Below the pieces are notes generated by a model, which was given only the letters and a program-made list of their open reading frames with translations, made no database searches and was not told where the DNA came from. Made by a program: the position numbers and the translations under genes. A stretch of DNA of 63,955 nt, counting the filler, from Reticulomyxa filosa (Eukaryota > Protista > Foraminifera), in the NCBI GenBank assembly GCA_000512085.1. It is 16 parts of 16 records of this genome, joined end to end, with 100 filler letters (N's around TTAATTAATTAA, not from the genome) between each part and the next. Parts side by side here need not be neighbours in the genome. Positions count along the whole stretch, not along the records: positions 1 to 12,386 come from ASPP01011787.1; 15 more parts are not named here. One strand, written 5' to 3'. Position 1 is the stretch's first letter. Each line of letters starts with the position of its first letter. Of the stretch, positions 1-9,700 are shown in pieces.

Positions 1-723
1 ACAGTGGTTGTTATGGACGCAACTGGCTCCATGTCTCATTTGCTACAAAAGGCCAAAAACGCAGTTTGCACAATGTTTGAACGAATTGCGACTATTTTAA
101 AGGGACACGGTTTATCTTCCAATAGTTTCGAAATACAATTTGTGGTATATCGAAATTACAATGCACCTGAAGATATACTTTTGCAAGTTTCCCCATGGGA
201 ATCAAAACCTGACAAATTGCGCAGTTTTATGGAAACTGTGAAACCATGTTATGGAATTGATTCTGAAGCTGTTGAAGTCGGGTTAGCCCATGTTAACAGA
301 GAACGTGCAAAAGACGGGGTTTCGCAGGTAATACTGATTGGTGACGCTCCGGCAAATGCCAAAAATGATGTAATTGCTTGGCGACAATCATCTTATCGAG
401 GAACAGAAAGTTCTGGTGCTGAATATTGGAGAAAAACGAAGTTATTCTCCAGCCCGACATATTATGAAGAAGAACTTACAATCTTAAAACAATACAATAT
501 CCCTGTGCACGCTTTTTATGTGGAAAGACAGGCAAAAGAAAATTTTGAAGCAATAGCTCGTATTTCAGGTGGTCGGTGTGCGGAATTAAAGATTAATTCA
601 GATGAAGGATCAGATCAATTAACCAACGTAGTTTCTGAGGAAGTCCTTAGAAATGCTGGTGGATCGAAAGGAAGCGCACTTGTTGATGCTTACCGAGCCA
701 AATTTTCTAAAGCACACGTTTAA
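1..723 (+). CDS. vWA (von Willebrand A) domain; probable C-terminal part of the giant GTPase-SecA protein that runs off the other end of this contig
   Basis: Reads TVVVMDATGSM (DxTxS MIDAS-type), FVVYRNY, EAVEVGL and VILIGDAP, ending at TAA 721-723. It is open from base 1. Bases 1-10 (acagtggttg) equal bases 12377-12386 in the same reading frame. Confidence 0.85.
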   Translation, partial: TVVVMDATGSMSHLLQKAKNAVCTMFERIATILKGHGLSSNSFEIQFVVYRNYNAPEDILLQVSPWESKPDKLRSFMETVKPCYGIDSEAVEVGLAHVNRERAKDGVSQVILIGDAPANAKNDVIAWRQSSYRGTESSGAEYWRKTKLFSSPTYYEEELTILKQYNIPVHAFYVERQAKENFEAIARISGGRCAELKINSDEGSDQLTNVVSEEVLRNAGGSKGSALVDAYRAKFSKAHV

Positions 724-1249
724 CAAAGTACATAAAGTGTAAAGAGTATAAAATTATCAAGCGTTGATGTTGATGATTTATTCAAATTTTCACAATAGAA
801 AACAAAAGCAAGCTATCCCGATAACAACAAAAATACAATTCAGTATTTCTTTTTATACCAGCTGATTCATTTCAAATAATTGTCGCTACAGATGATTTCG
901 TATTTTGCATTTTGATAATCTAACATCAATTTCTCGCTCTTTTACACAAAGTAAAAAGAATTTCAAATACGATAATTTGTAAGCTTCACTCCTTTCTGGA
1001 GCTTTTTCGTCTTTATTTGTTGCATTAATAACACAGAAAACAGTCTGAGATGGAAATAAAAATAATAAACAAAAATTGGATTTGAATTTTAAATGGAAAT
1101 TAGAATTAATCAAAGAGTTTGACAAACGTGTCCGCAAGAAATTCACTGGACAAATATACTGCCTAAAATATAGTAAAATGTATTGTATGTTAAATCTTTT
1201 AAATTGTTAAAAATGTTACAAGGGAAAGAAGTGATTTATTTAGCGTAAA

Positions 1250-1750
1250 TTTTTCACCAGATAGGCGAATGTTGTTTTGTAATTGCTAGACAAGACAGTT
1301 AAAATATAGGACTCATGCCAAGCAAATTCAAAATTTCACTGGTTTATGGATTGGGTGTATATACAAGAGTTTTCACGCAATGCAATAATTTGGCTTCATG
1401 TTCAGCAGATCAAATAATTCGATTGTTGGATGTAAAATTATGAAGAGAAATAACGAAATTTGAAGGATATTATAGGCTAGTATGTCATGAAAATTGCTCC
1501 CTGATGGTAAAATTATTGCATCTTGTTCAGATGATGTACAATTTGTTGGTGTGATGTGAACGCTAGAAAAGGTATATAGAAATCAAAGGTCATCATGCTT
1601 ATATACTAGGAATAGATATAATCAAATGGCAATACTATTGTATCATGTTCAGTTGCATGTCAATGAATAATTCGACATTACAATGATATTTATTAATGCA
1701 AAAAGCACAGACAATAAATCTGTTATTGGTATGATACATCTCTCACTGAC
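1250..1750 (+). pseudogene. Highly degraded WD40-repeat relic
   Basis: Fragments such as ASCSADQIIRLLDV and IASCSDD are interrupted by stops and frameshifts. Boundaries are approximate. Confidence 0.6.
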
Positions 1751-3448
1751 TAGAGCTCCTTTTCTGTTTTAGGAATAGTTGGAGGAGAAACACAAAAACT
1801 GCACAATTATACAATAGTTCATGAATTTGTTGCATGAAGCTGTTGTTGTGCTATCTCTTTGTACATTACAATAATCATCGCAAAATATTCCATGTTGTAC
1901 CGTTGCCTTGTTAATTTGGCAGTCACTACCAATAATCTGAAAGCATATGAAAAAAGTACTTAGTACGTTTTCCCATTTCAAAGAATTTTGGTTGGCCATA
2001 TAATTTTTTTAAGGTAAATCTAATTATATAATTGTTCGTTTAAGTGATATATACTTCATCAAAATTGTCAATTGTGGTACTGTCACCCAAAGGTTCAGCG
2101 TTTAATATTGGAACATGCATATTAAAAAAAATTTGCACAAATTAATGTTTTTCACTGATACAAGAAGTTATTGCTTTGTCAACAACTAAAGTACTTGCGT
2201 TTTCTCTAACGGCGATTTAATCGACACGGAAAAGCATTCACATTTGTTTATCTGCTTTTGAAAAATGAAAGTATGTTAAATTTCGCTTTTAAAATAAGTA
2301 GGAGAATATCTTAAACTGTAGCACATTTTTTTAGCAATATTTTTTATAAGCATAGTTCGCAGATGTTTATTTAGATTATTTTTTTTATGAAGAATCAACT
2401 ATTTCTATAATGTGAAATTTTAGATTTGAACTTTATTTCTTATTTTAACTGTTTTAGAAAAAAACAAAATCAAACTTTAACAATTCTTTCACATTTTTTC
2501 ACAAACACATTTTTAGACATCAAGATGCACAGATATCACTTTAAAAACTTTGAATAATTATTCTTTCATTTTTTTTTTACAAAACAATGCAAACTAATTC
2601 AAGTGTTACACAATTTTCATCAATTCTGCTTGCATTGTTCAAAGGATGTCATTTGAGAATCTGATATTTGAATATGTGTTAATAAAAACATAATCATTTA
2701 TTGTTAATTTAAAACAATTCATTCTGCTCCAAAAAAAAAGTTTTCACAAAATTACTGGATTATTGTTCCTTTATCCCTTTAATTTTCCATTTGTATTTGC
2801 CAGTTGCTTACCATTCTTGTGCATCAATCAAAAACAAGAATGGTTGATTCATTTCTTTTAAACAAAAAAATAGAGTAGATCCAAAAAAAATATATATAAT
2901 TCAAATAAAACACAAAAGGATAAGCATTTTGAAATTCAACCTGACTACACACTTTTGTGTTATGCTGTTTTGACTTGGTTACGGTAAATTTTTCTTGGTT
3001 GGTTGTTTTTTTTTGCTTTAGAGTTTTCTGCACATTTTTAAAAAATTAAACCATTTGTTTTCATCCTCAAATAACGTTTATCGTTAAAAAAAAAGACGTC
3101 TTCAAGATTTTAAACTCACTCGAAATTAAGATATCGTTTATCATGATATAACGACAGAACAATGTGAAAACAAACAAATTTAAGATAAATCCTAGACATT
3201 ATTAAATCACACAACCATTCCTGTCGATATTTGAGAACAGTTCTTCCGAACTAAAAAAAAGGGTATTCCACAACACCAAAGTGTAGTGCTGCTTTTTTTT
3301 TTCTTTTTGTATTGGAGGAATTGACTTTCCATTCTGTACGTTCTTAACCAAACAAAAGCAGAAATGGTTTGTCTTTTTAGTTGCAAAAAAAAAAATGGAG
3401 TGGATCCAAAAAAATTACACCTAACAAAACACAAAGGACAAGCACTTT

Positions 3449-3715
3449 GTGATTGAATCCTATGGAGAAGAAACAGCAATATTTAAGGCAACTGGGTTGC
3501 GCAATGATGGAAGGATGCTAGACAACTCAAAAGAAAGCAACTGGGAAGGGTTGTTGAATACAATCAAAGAGAAGTTCCATCTGACAACCAACTCCTCGTT
3601 TCTTTTAGTAAAAAAAGATAACATTGATGATCATGTCGACAATGATGATGACCTATTTGATCTTTGGAATGTACTTATTAAAGATAAAAAGGCAACATCC
3701 TATACATTAAAAATG
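3449..3715 (+). CDS. 5' exon of giant GTPase-SecA-vWA gene; first PB1/ubiquitin-fold-like module
   Basis: The ORF is followed by a phase-0 GT...AG intron (3716-3790, 75 bp) that joins in frame to RCLEITKEG at 3791. It contains W..L...IKEKF.L ... VDNDDDL..LW. The true start codon is unresolved. Confidence 0.6.
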
Positions 3716-3790
3716 GTGTGTATGACTTCTCTCTTTAAAAAAACAAATAAATAGAAACAATACAGTATTAATAAACAATAAAAAAAATAG

Positions 3791-6400
3791 AGATGTTTGG
3801 AAATAACAAAAGAAGGCAAGAAAATAGAGTGGTGTCCAAAAGGATCGACTGACCCACAGTTTTATGGTGCAATGGAACAGCAAGACTGGACACAAATTTT
3901 TGAAGATCTAAAACGATTAATTGGACTGTCAGACAGTGAATATTTAGAGAATGAAAATCAAAATAATAAAATAGAGACTGCAGATGACTTGAAAAGTATT
4001 TGGGCTGATCGATATGACGAACATGACAGCGATAAATGGTATTTGAGACTTCAAGTCAATCCAAATTCTCTAAAGGAAACTGTAGCGAGTCCAGGAGTTG
4101 AGGGAGGTATAACTGCACAAGCTCATAGGGAAAAAAGTGAAGAGAAGGAGCAAGATAATGAAGATTCCAAGATAGCAGATAGCAACACAGCCAATCTTAA
4201 AAATGACAGCAACAACACAAAAAGAAGTGACAAAAGAGAGGAGAAGAAAGGAGATAAAACATCCGATGAAGACAAATCAAAAAAAATACAACAATCACAA
4301 GAGGTCAACGACGAAGAAGACGAAAAAAAAGAGACAATAAACAAACCAATTCAAAGAAATGAGCATTTTGACATAAAATTGATGTTGGAGTTGGTAAAAA
4401 AGGCAGAAGAGGCAGCAGACGCAATTAAAGATCAAAATGTGGTATTGCTGTTAGGAGGCACTGGAGCTGGAAAATCAACATTAATTCATTTTCTGGCCGG
4501 ATCAACCATGGAGAATCTAATTGTAGATGGGAAGCCCCATATAGCTCCAGTGAAAGTCAAAAATAAAGCATTGGCTAATGTTCGTACAAGTGCAAAAGCA
4601 ACATCCGAGACACGATATATTACGGCTGTTCCCATCAATTTAAAAGGAATGGGTCTGCTTGTGGACATAGATAGTGTTGTTCTTTGTGACACACCTGGAT
4701 TTGAAGACACAAGTGGTCCTGAAGTCGATGTTGCAAATGGCCTTGGAATCATTCGAGCATTACAAAATAGTAAAAGTGTCAAACCTGTGGTGTTGATTTG
4801 TTACACTGCTCTGGGTTATCGAATGAACTGTGTCAAGGAATTGGCCCGTACACTCGTGTCCATTATTCCATCCATCGAAAATCATCTTACTTCATTCTCG
4901 TATGTATTTACCAAACTACCCAAAGAGCAAAAAGAGTATATGCATTCGTTGGTGAAGGATACTTGGATAAGTGTGAAAGACGAGCCAGATGAGGGATTCA
5001 AAGCCATTTTGAAGGACATTGCCAAAAAAACAAAAAATGTTGTGATCGCACCAAATTTAGTGAGTGACTCACCAGATTCTTTGCTGGAGCGTCTTGCCGA
5101 TATAAAGGATTTCATTAAGAATCCTGGAGAGGTCTTTCAACCTTTTGTTTCTGAAAGTTCCAAAGGGGCAGTCCAAATGCAAGTGCAGAAACACAAAGAA
5201 AATATTTGGTTGGCTTATCAAAATGAAGATTATAATGTTGCTAAAACAAAGTTGGATGAACTCACAGACCTAAATAATGTGTTGAAACTTCCAACAATTG
5301 AAAATGAATACAAGGATATTGTGACAAAGTTGACCAATGAATGGAACAAAAAAAGTGAAAATGCCAAATCGATGTTCAACGAACGTATTGCATCTCCACA
5401 TCTAAGCAAAAATGATGTGTTGGCTTATCAGAAAGTCGTAAATGAACTTGTTTCTGCAAAGGGATTACGAAATCATTTGAAAGATGCAATTTGTGGCGAG
5501 TGTTTAATTCAAAATATCAATCAACAAATGCAACATTTGATTAATGCAATTGAAGATCAAAAGGAAGGGGACGAAAGCGCATTACAATCTCATTTGGATA
5601 AAATTTCACAAGTGCAGGCCTGTTTCCCTGATTTTAGTAGTTCTTACAACGAAGCTTGTCAAAAATTGAAAAAAAGAGTCGTAAAGTGTGCGGATGAAGC
5701 AAGAGAATGCATTAAAAAGAATAAATTTATGGAGTTTCGAAAAGAGTTAGAGAAGATTGGAAAGATTTTAATTCTTCAAGAACATCTTCGTTCTCTCATA
5801 GATATCAAGAAAGAGATCAAAGATTTGGAAAATGAATTATTAGTTTATCTCAATAATATTGCAGATGAAGGGCACGCCGTATTGAAAAAAGTAATTAAAG
5901 AAGAGTCTACTCCAACAAAAGGGGAAAAAGAAGGTGAAGGAGAAAAAGTTGAAATAGTTAATGTTCGAATTGAAAAACTCGACAAAACTGCTGTCGATAT
6001 CTTGAAAAGAGCATTTCCTCTCTTGGAGGAAGCAGCAAATGCATTTGACTTGCCTTATGAACATGTTGGACTTGACAAGTCGACAAAAGAGTTGGTTCGT
6101 TCGTTTGTAAATCAAATGATTGGATATTTTGAAAAAGTTAGACAAAAGATTGCATACCTTTTTGAAAAGCAAAGATATCAAGCATTTGATGAAATTAAAA
6201 AATTTATTTTGGTGATGGACGAGCTTCGAACCATAGAAGCCGTAAAACAAAGAACAGGAAGTCAGTATTTTCAAACTATCGAAAAGATATTTGGTTTTGT
6301 GCGTGATGTCCAAAAAGCATTGACACAATACTTAACTCTCTCAATAAGCCAAACGTATCTTTTGATTACAATCGATTGTACGAATGCGTCTTGTGTATAA
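3791..6400 (+). CDS. Giant protein part 2: second PB1-like module, acidic linker, TRAFAC-class P-loop GTPase (AIG1/septin-like), helical region
   Basis: G1 GGTGAGKS (~4454-4477), switch-I SET, G3 DTPG (~4688-4699) and G4-like VFTK are present. An apparent 1-nt frameshift near 6317 continues the frame as ...IDTILNSLNKPNVSFDYNRLYECVLC. Confidence 0.8.
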   Translation, partial: RCLEITKEGKKIEWCPKGSTDPQFYGAMEQQDWTQIFEDLKRLIGLSDSEYLENENQNNKIETADDLKSIWADRYDEHDSDKWYLRLQVNPNSLKETVASPGVEGGITAQAHREKSEEKEQDNEDSKIADSNTANLKNDSNNTKRSDKREEKKGDKTSDEDKSKKIQQSQEVNDEEDEKKETINKPIQRNEHFDIKLMLELVKKAEEAADAIKDQNVVLLLGGTGAGKSTLIHFLAGSTMENLIVDGKPHIAPVKVKNKALANVRTSAKATSETRYITAVPINLKGMGLLVDIDSVVLCDTPGFEDTSGPEVDVANGLGIIRALQNSKSVKPVVLICYTALGYRMNCVKELARTLVSIIPSIENHLTSFSYVFTKLPKEQKEYMHSLVKDTWISVKDEPDEGFKAILKDIAKKTKNVVIAPNLVSDSPDSLLERLADIKDFIKNPGEVFQPFVSESSKGAVQMQVQKHKENIWLAYQNEDYNVAKTKLDELTDLNNVLKLPTIENEYKDIVTKLTNEWNKKSENAKSMFNERIASPHLSKNDVLAYQKVVNELVSAKGLRNHLKDAICGECLIQNINQQMQHLINAIEDQKEGDESALQSHLDKISQVQACFPDFSSSYNEACQKLKKRVVKCADEARECIKKNKFMEFRKELEKIGKILILQEHLRSLIDIKKEIKDLENELLVYLNNIADEGHAVLKKVIKEESTPTKGEKEGEGEKVEIVNVRIEKLDKTAVDILKRAFPLLEEAANAFDLPYEHVGLDKSTKELVRSFVNQMIGYFEKVRQKIAYLFEKQRYQAFDEIKKFILVMDELRTIEAVKQRTGSQYFQTIEKIFGFVRDVQKALTQYLTLSISQTYLLITIDCTNASCV

Positions 6401-6723
6401 ATCAGTCGGAGTGGGTTGACGAACGTCAGGAAGATGGCAACAGCAATTTGAAGGAAACAGTAAAACAAAAGTTGACATTGCATTTACATGAATTACAACA
6501 ATCGAGTCAAGAATTTGAACTCGATTTAGATCATCCTGAACTTCTCAAAGAAGCTCGTAATATCTTCACCCATCTTGGAAATTTGCGTCGTTTGGACGTG
6601 GTCATTCCAGAATTGGCTCCTTTTCGTCAAAAGGTGAGTATCCCATTGGAAAAATCGGTGCGAGCCACATTGGCCACAATTCGTCGTGAATTTGCATTGA
6701 ACACAAAATGTGCCAAATTATGA
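6376..6723 (+). CDS. Giant protein part 3: helical segment between two apparent frameshifts
   Basis: It overlaps both neighbouring long ORFs, with similar composition. The second shift is in an A-run near 6705-6710 (LNTK / NVPNYEK). Confidence 0.65.
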   Translation: MYECVLCINQSEWVDERQEDGNSNLKETVKQKLTLHLHELQQSSQEFELDLDHPELLKEARNIFTHLGNLRRLDVVIPELAPFRQKVSIPLEKSVRATLATIRREFALNTKCAKL

Positions 6724-9700
6724 AAAAATGAGAGAAGAGTTGATCCGGCTCAAACCATGTGCAGAAAGTATTCAAAATGCCAATTCATACCTGCAGAAAG
6801 AGACGTTTAAGAATGTGAAAGACCTTGACTCCAAAATTAATACAATCAAAGAAAAATTAACCAACATTGAGGCTACGTTTAAATCAAAATGTCAACCGAT
6901 TGCAAATAAGATACAAACAGCCGAGGAAAAAATTTCACACTTGGAAAATCTTAAACAAGAGTATGGGAAAATGAATTCCAAGTCACTGTTGGATTCTTTG
7001 TTCTCATCAGATAACAAAGCAATAAAAAATTTGAGTGCACAAGGATATAAATCAATAGAAGCTGTAGAGGAGGATATTCGAAAAGAACAACAAAATTTGG
7101 AAAAGTTATCAGAAGAAGGAGCGAAAATCAAAGAAAGCCTTCAAGAGGAAGTGAAGGAATTAAAAGAAAAGCTGGACAAGGACGAACAAGTAAAGAAGGA
7201 ATATGAAGAACTATTACAAAAGGGAATGGAATCATTGCAAAGCATTACTGAATCATTAAAGAGCCATGGCTTTTTGGAAAGTGATGTGCAAAGATTAATT
7301 AATAATGAAAAAGAATTGAACGATAAAATTCGTCAATGCGAACGGGAACTTGCAAAATTAAAAAAAAATTCTGGATACACTTTTGAAGTGTTGAATGCCG
7401 CCAGAACTGCAAAAGTGTTGCAGTATTTGAAAGAGTGTAAAGCCACTGCCTTCCCTGTTGAAACAACAACAACAACAACAACAAATCAATCTGATAAAAA
7501 TGGCAATGAAAGTAGCAACAATGAGACGAAAGAGGATGAAAAAAAACAAACAGAGAATAGATCAGTAATCCCTCTGAGACAAGAAACCACAAACACATTG
7601 GATTTGGTGGAAGAATTTTTAAGAAAGTATTCCATCTTTGTTCAAAGTCAACTCAATTCTTTAAATTTTATTGAAAGTACAGCAACATTAGAAAATGACA
7701 ATGACAATATGGATATGATTGAGAAAGTTGAGAATATTCTCAACCAATTGACTGAAGTGCAGAAATTGCAAAAAGATTATCCAACGATATTTACACACTT
7801 TCCACAAGATATAATTGAACTATTTAACAAACGATTGAAACAGACTTATTTGAATCTTCACGATGAAATGATGAAATTAGCAGCCGTGGAGACAAGCACG
7901 AAACCGTTAAAAAAAAAAATAGCAGTAGCCAAAATATTGAGTGCATTGGATGATTTTGCCCAACCAAATAACAAATTTCGTGAATTGTTTGTAAAGTATC
8001 AAACGAAAATCTACGATGATGCAATTGACATCGAACCAATACTGGAAGCAATCAGAAAACATGAATATCCTACAATCGTTTCAGAATTGCTTCGCATTCA
8101 ACAAAATATTGACGATCCAAATGTAAAAAGAGCATACGGTAATGTTAGAGCCTCTTTGTCGCGCTTTTTGAACACTTTGGCCAGAACTACTTTGAGAAAA
8201 GTGTTTCTTCTGGGAGAGAATGATGTGGACTTAGATAAAGTGACAGAACTGATGGACAATCTAGAACAGATAAAAGATGCACAACAATTTGTTATCCAAT
8301 TTGTGGATGAAGTGACACAAAAAGAAATTGAAAGAACAGCAGACAAGACCAAATCTGCCATTGGGGGATGGATGGAAGGAGTGTTGGAAACATTTGATGC
8401 ATCCGTGAATGCTTTGAATTTTTTGGAAGCAGAAAAGAAAATTCGATTGGTTCGAAGAGTGGTACACATTTTAGGAGATTATTGTGATCCTGTTCCTTTG
8501 GATAGTTCTGGCAACAACATGACAAGGAAAGTAGAGGACAATGGAAAAGGGGAGACAGGTACAATCATAAGTCGCATCGATAAACTCGAGAAAAAAATTG
8601 AAGCCAAATTGAAAGGTATTTTAAATCGATATAAAAAAATTCAATTAGCTGGAAGCACATTCAATCCCTATTCTTCGTATCCACCCAGAGAAATTTATGC
8701 CAAGCTTGGCAAAGTTATGAGCGGGTGTGCAATGTACGAAGATACGTGGAGAGAAATTGAAGACGACATTATCCAAAAAATTCGAAATCAACTGGAGGAT
8801 GCTCGTGAGAAAGTAGGCACTTTACGTCCATGGGAAATGTTTGCTAGCGTTCGGCTTTGTAAGACAGTATTGAATGTTTTGCCCGACCATATGAAAAGCA
8901 CGCTTGAGGGAGAAATCAAAGAATGCGAACAAGATCTCGTATACGAAATGAATAATGCTGAAGAAACAGTATCAGAAGTGTTGAAGACAAGAGATGTAAA
9001 TGATATTAATCAATTCTTGGATAAATGTACACCCAATCAAAAAAAATTGGTTGAGATCCAAGTGGTTACAATGGCTCGAGGATATGCCACAGGAATGGAT
9101 CAGAAATTGGCTGACGGAAATACGGCTGAGGCATTAGGGAATTTGAAAGAGCTGCTTCATTTAAAAAATTCAATCAAAACAAAACCGATCGAGCTCGAGA
9201 ATCAATTTAAATCGACTAAAAGCAAATTTAACAATCATTTCGAAAAGACACAACAAGAGACAGTGACTGGTTTCGATGCATTGAGTCAGTGTAATTTTGG
9301 AGAAAATACCATCAATTGGATGGAAAAATCATTTGACTTTGTCATTCAATGCATGGACTTGAAGTTAGATTTGAAACAAGAAGCCAGTGAAGTAATGCCA
9401 CTCAATTTCGAAGAAAAAATCAAGGAAATGGATAGAAAGATCTTCTATTCTTTTACATCTTTGCAACAAAAATACAAAACCAATTTTGATCAGAACCATG
9501 CAGTAAATTTACGAAAAGTATTAGACACAGTGCAGACAGTGGGTGATGATAGTCCTTTCCGAAAGAAACTTGAAACGTTTAAACAAAAAATGAAATCTTG
9601 TGATATTCCTGAAGATCCAAGCACGTCCTCCGGTCTATGGACGTATTTAGAAGCGAAAGATACTCTCGATCACCAATTGGAAAATATGGTACAAGAGACA

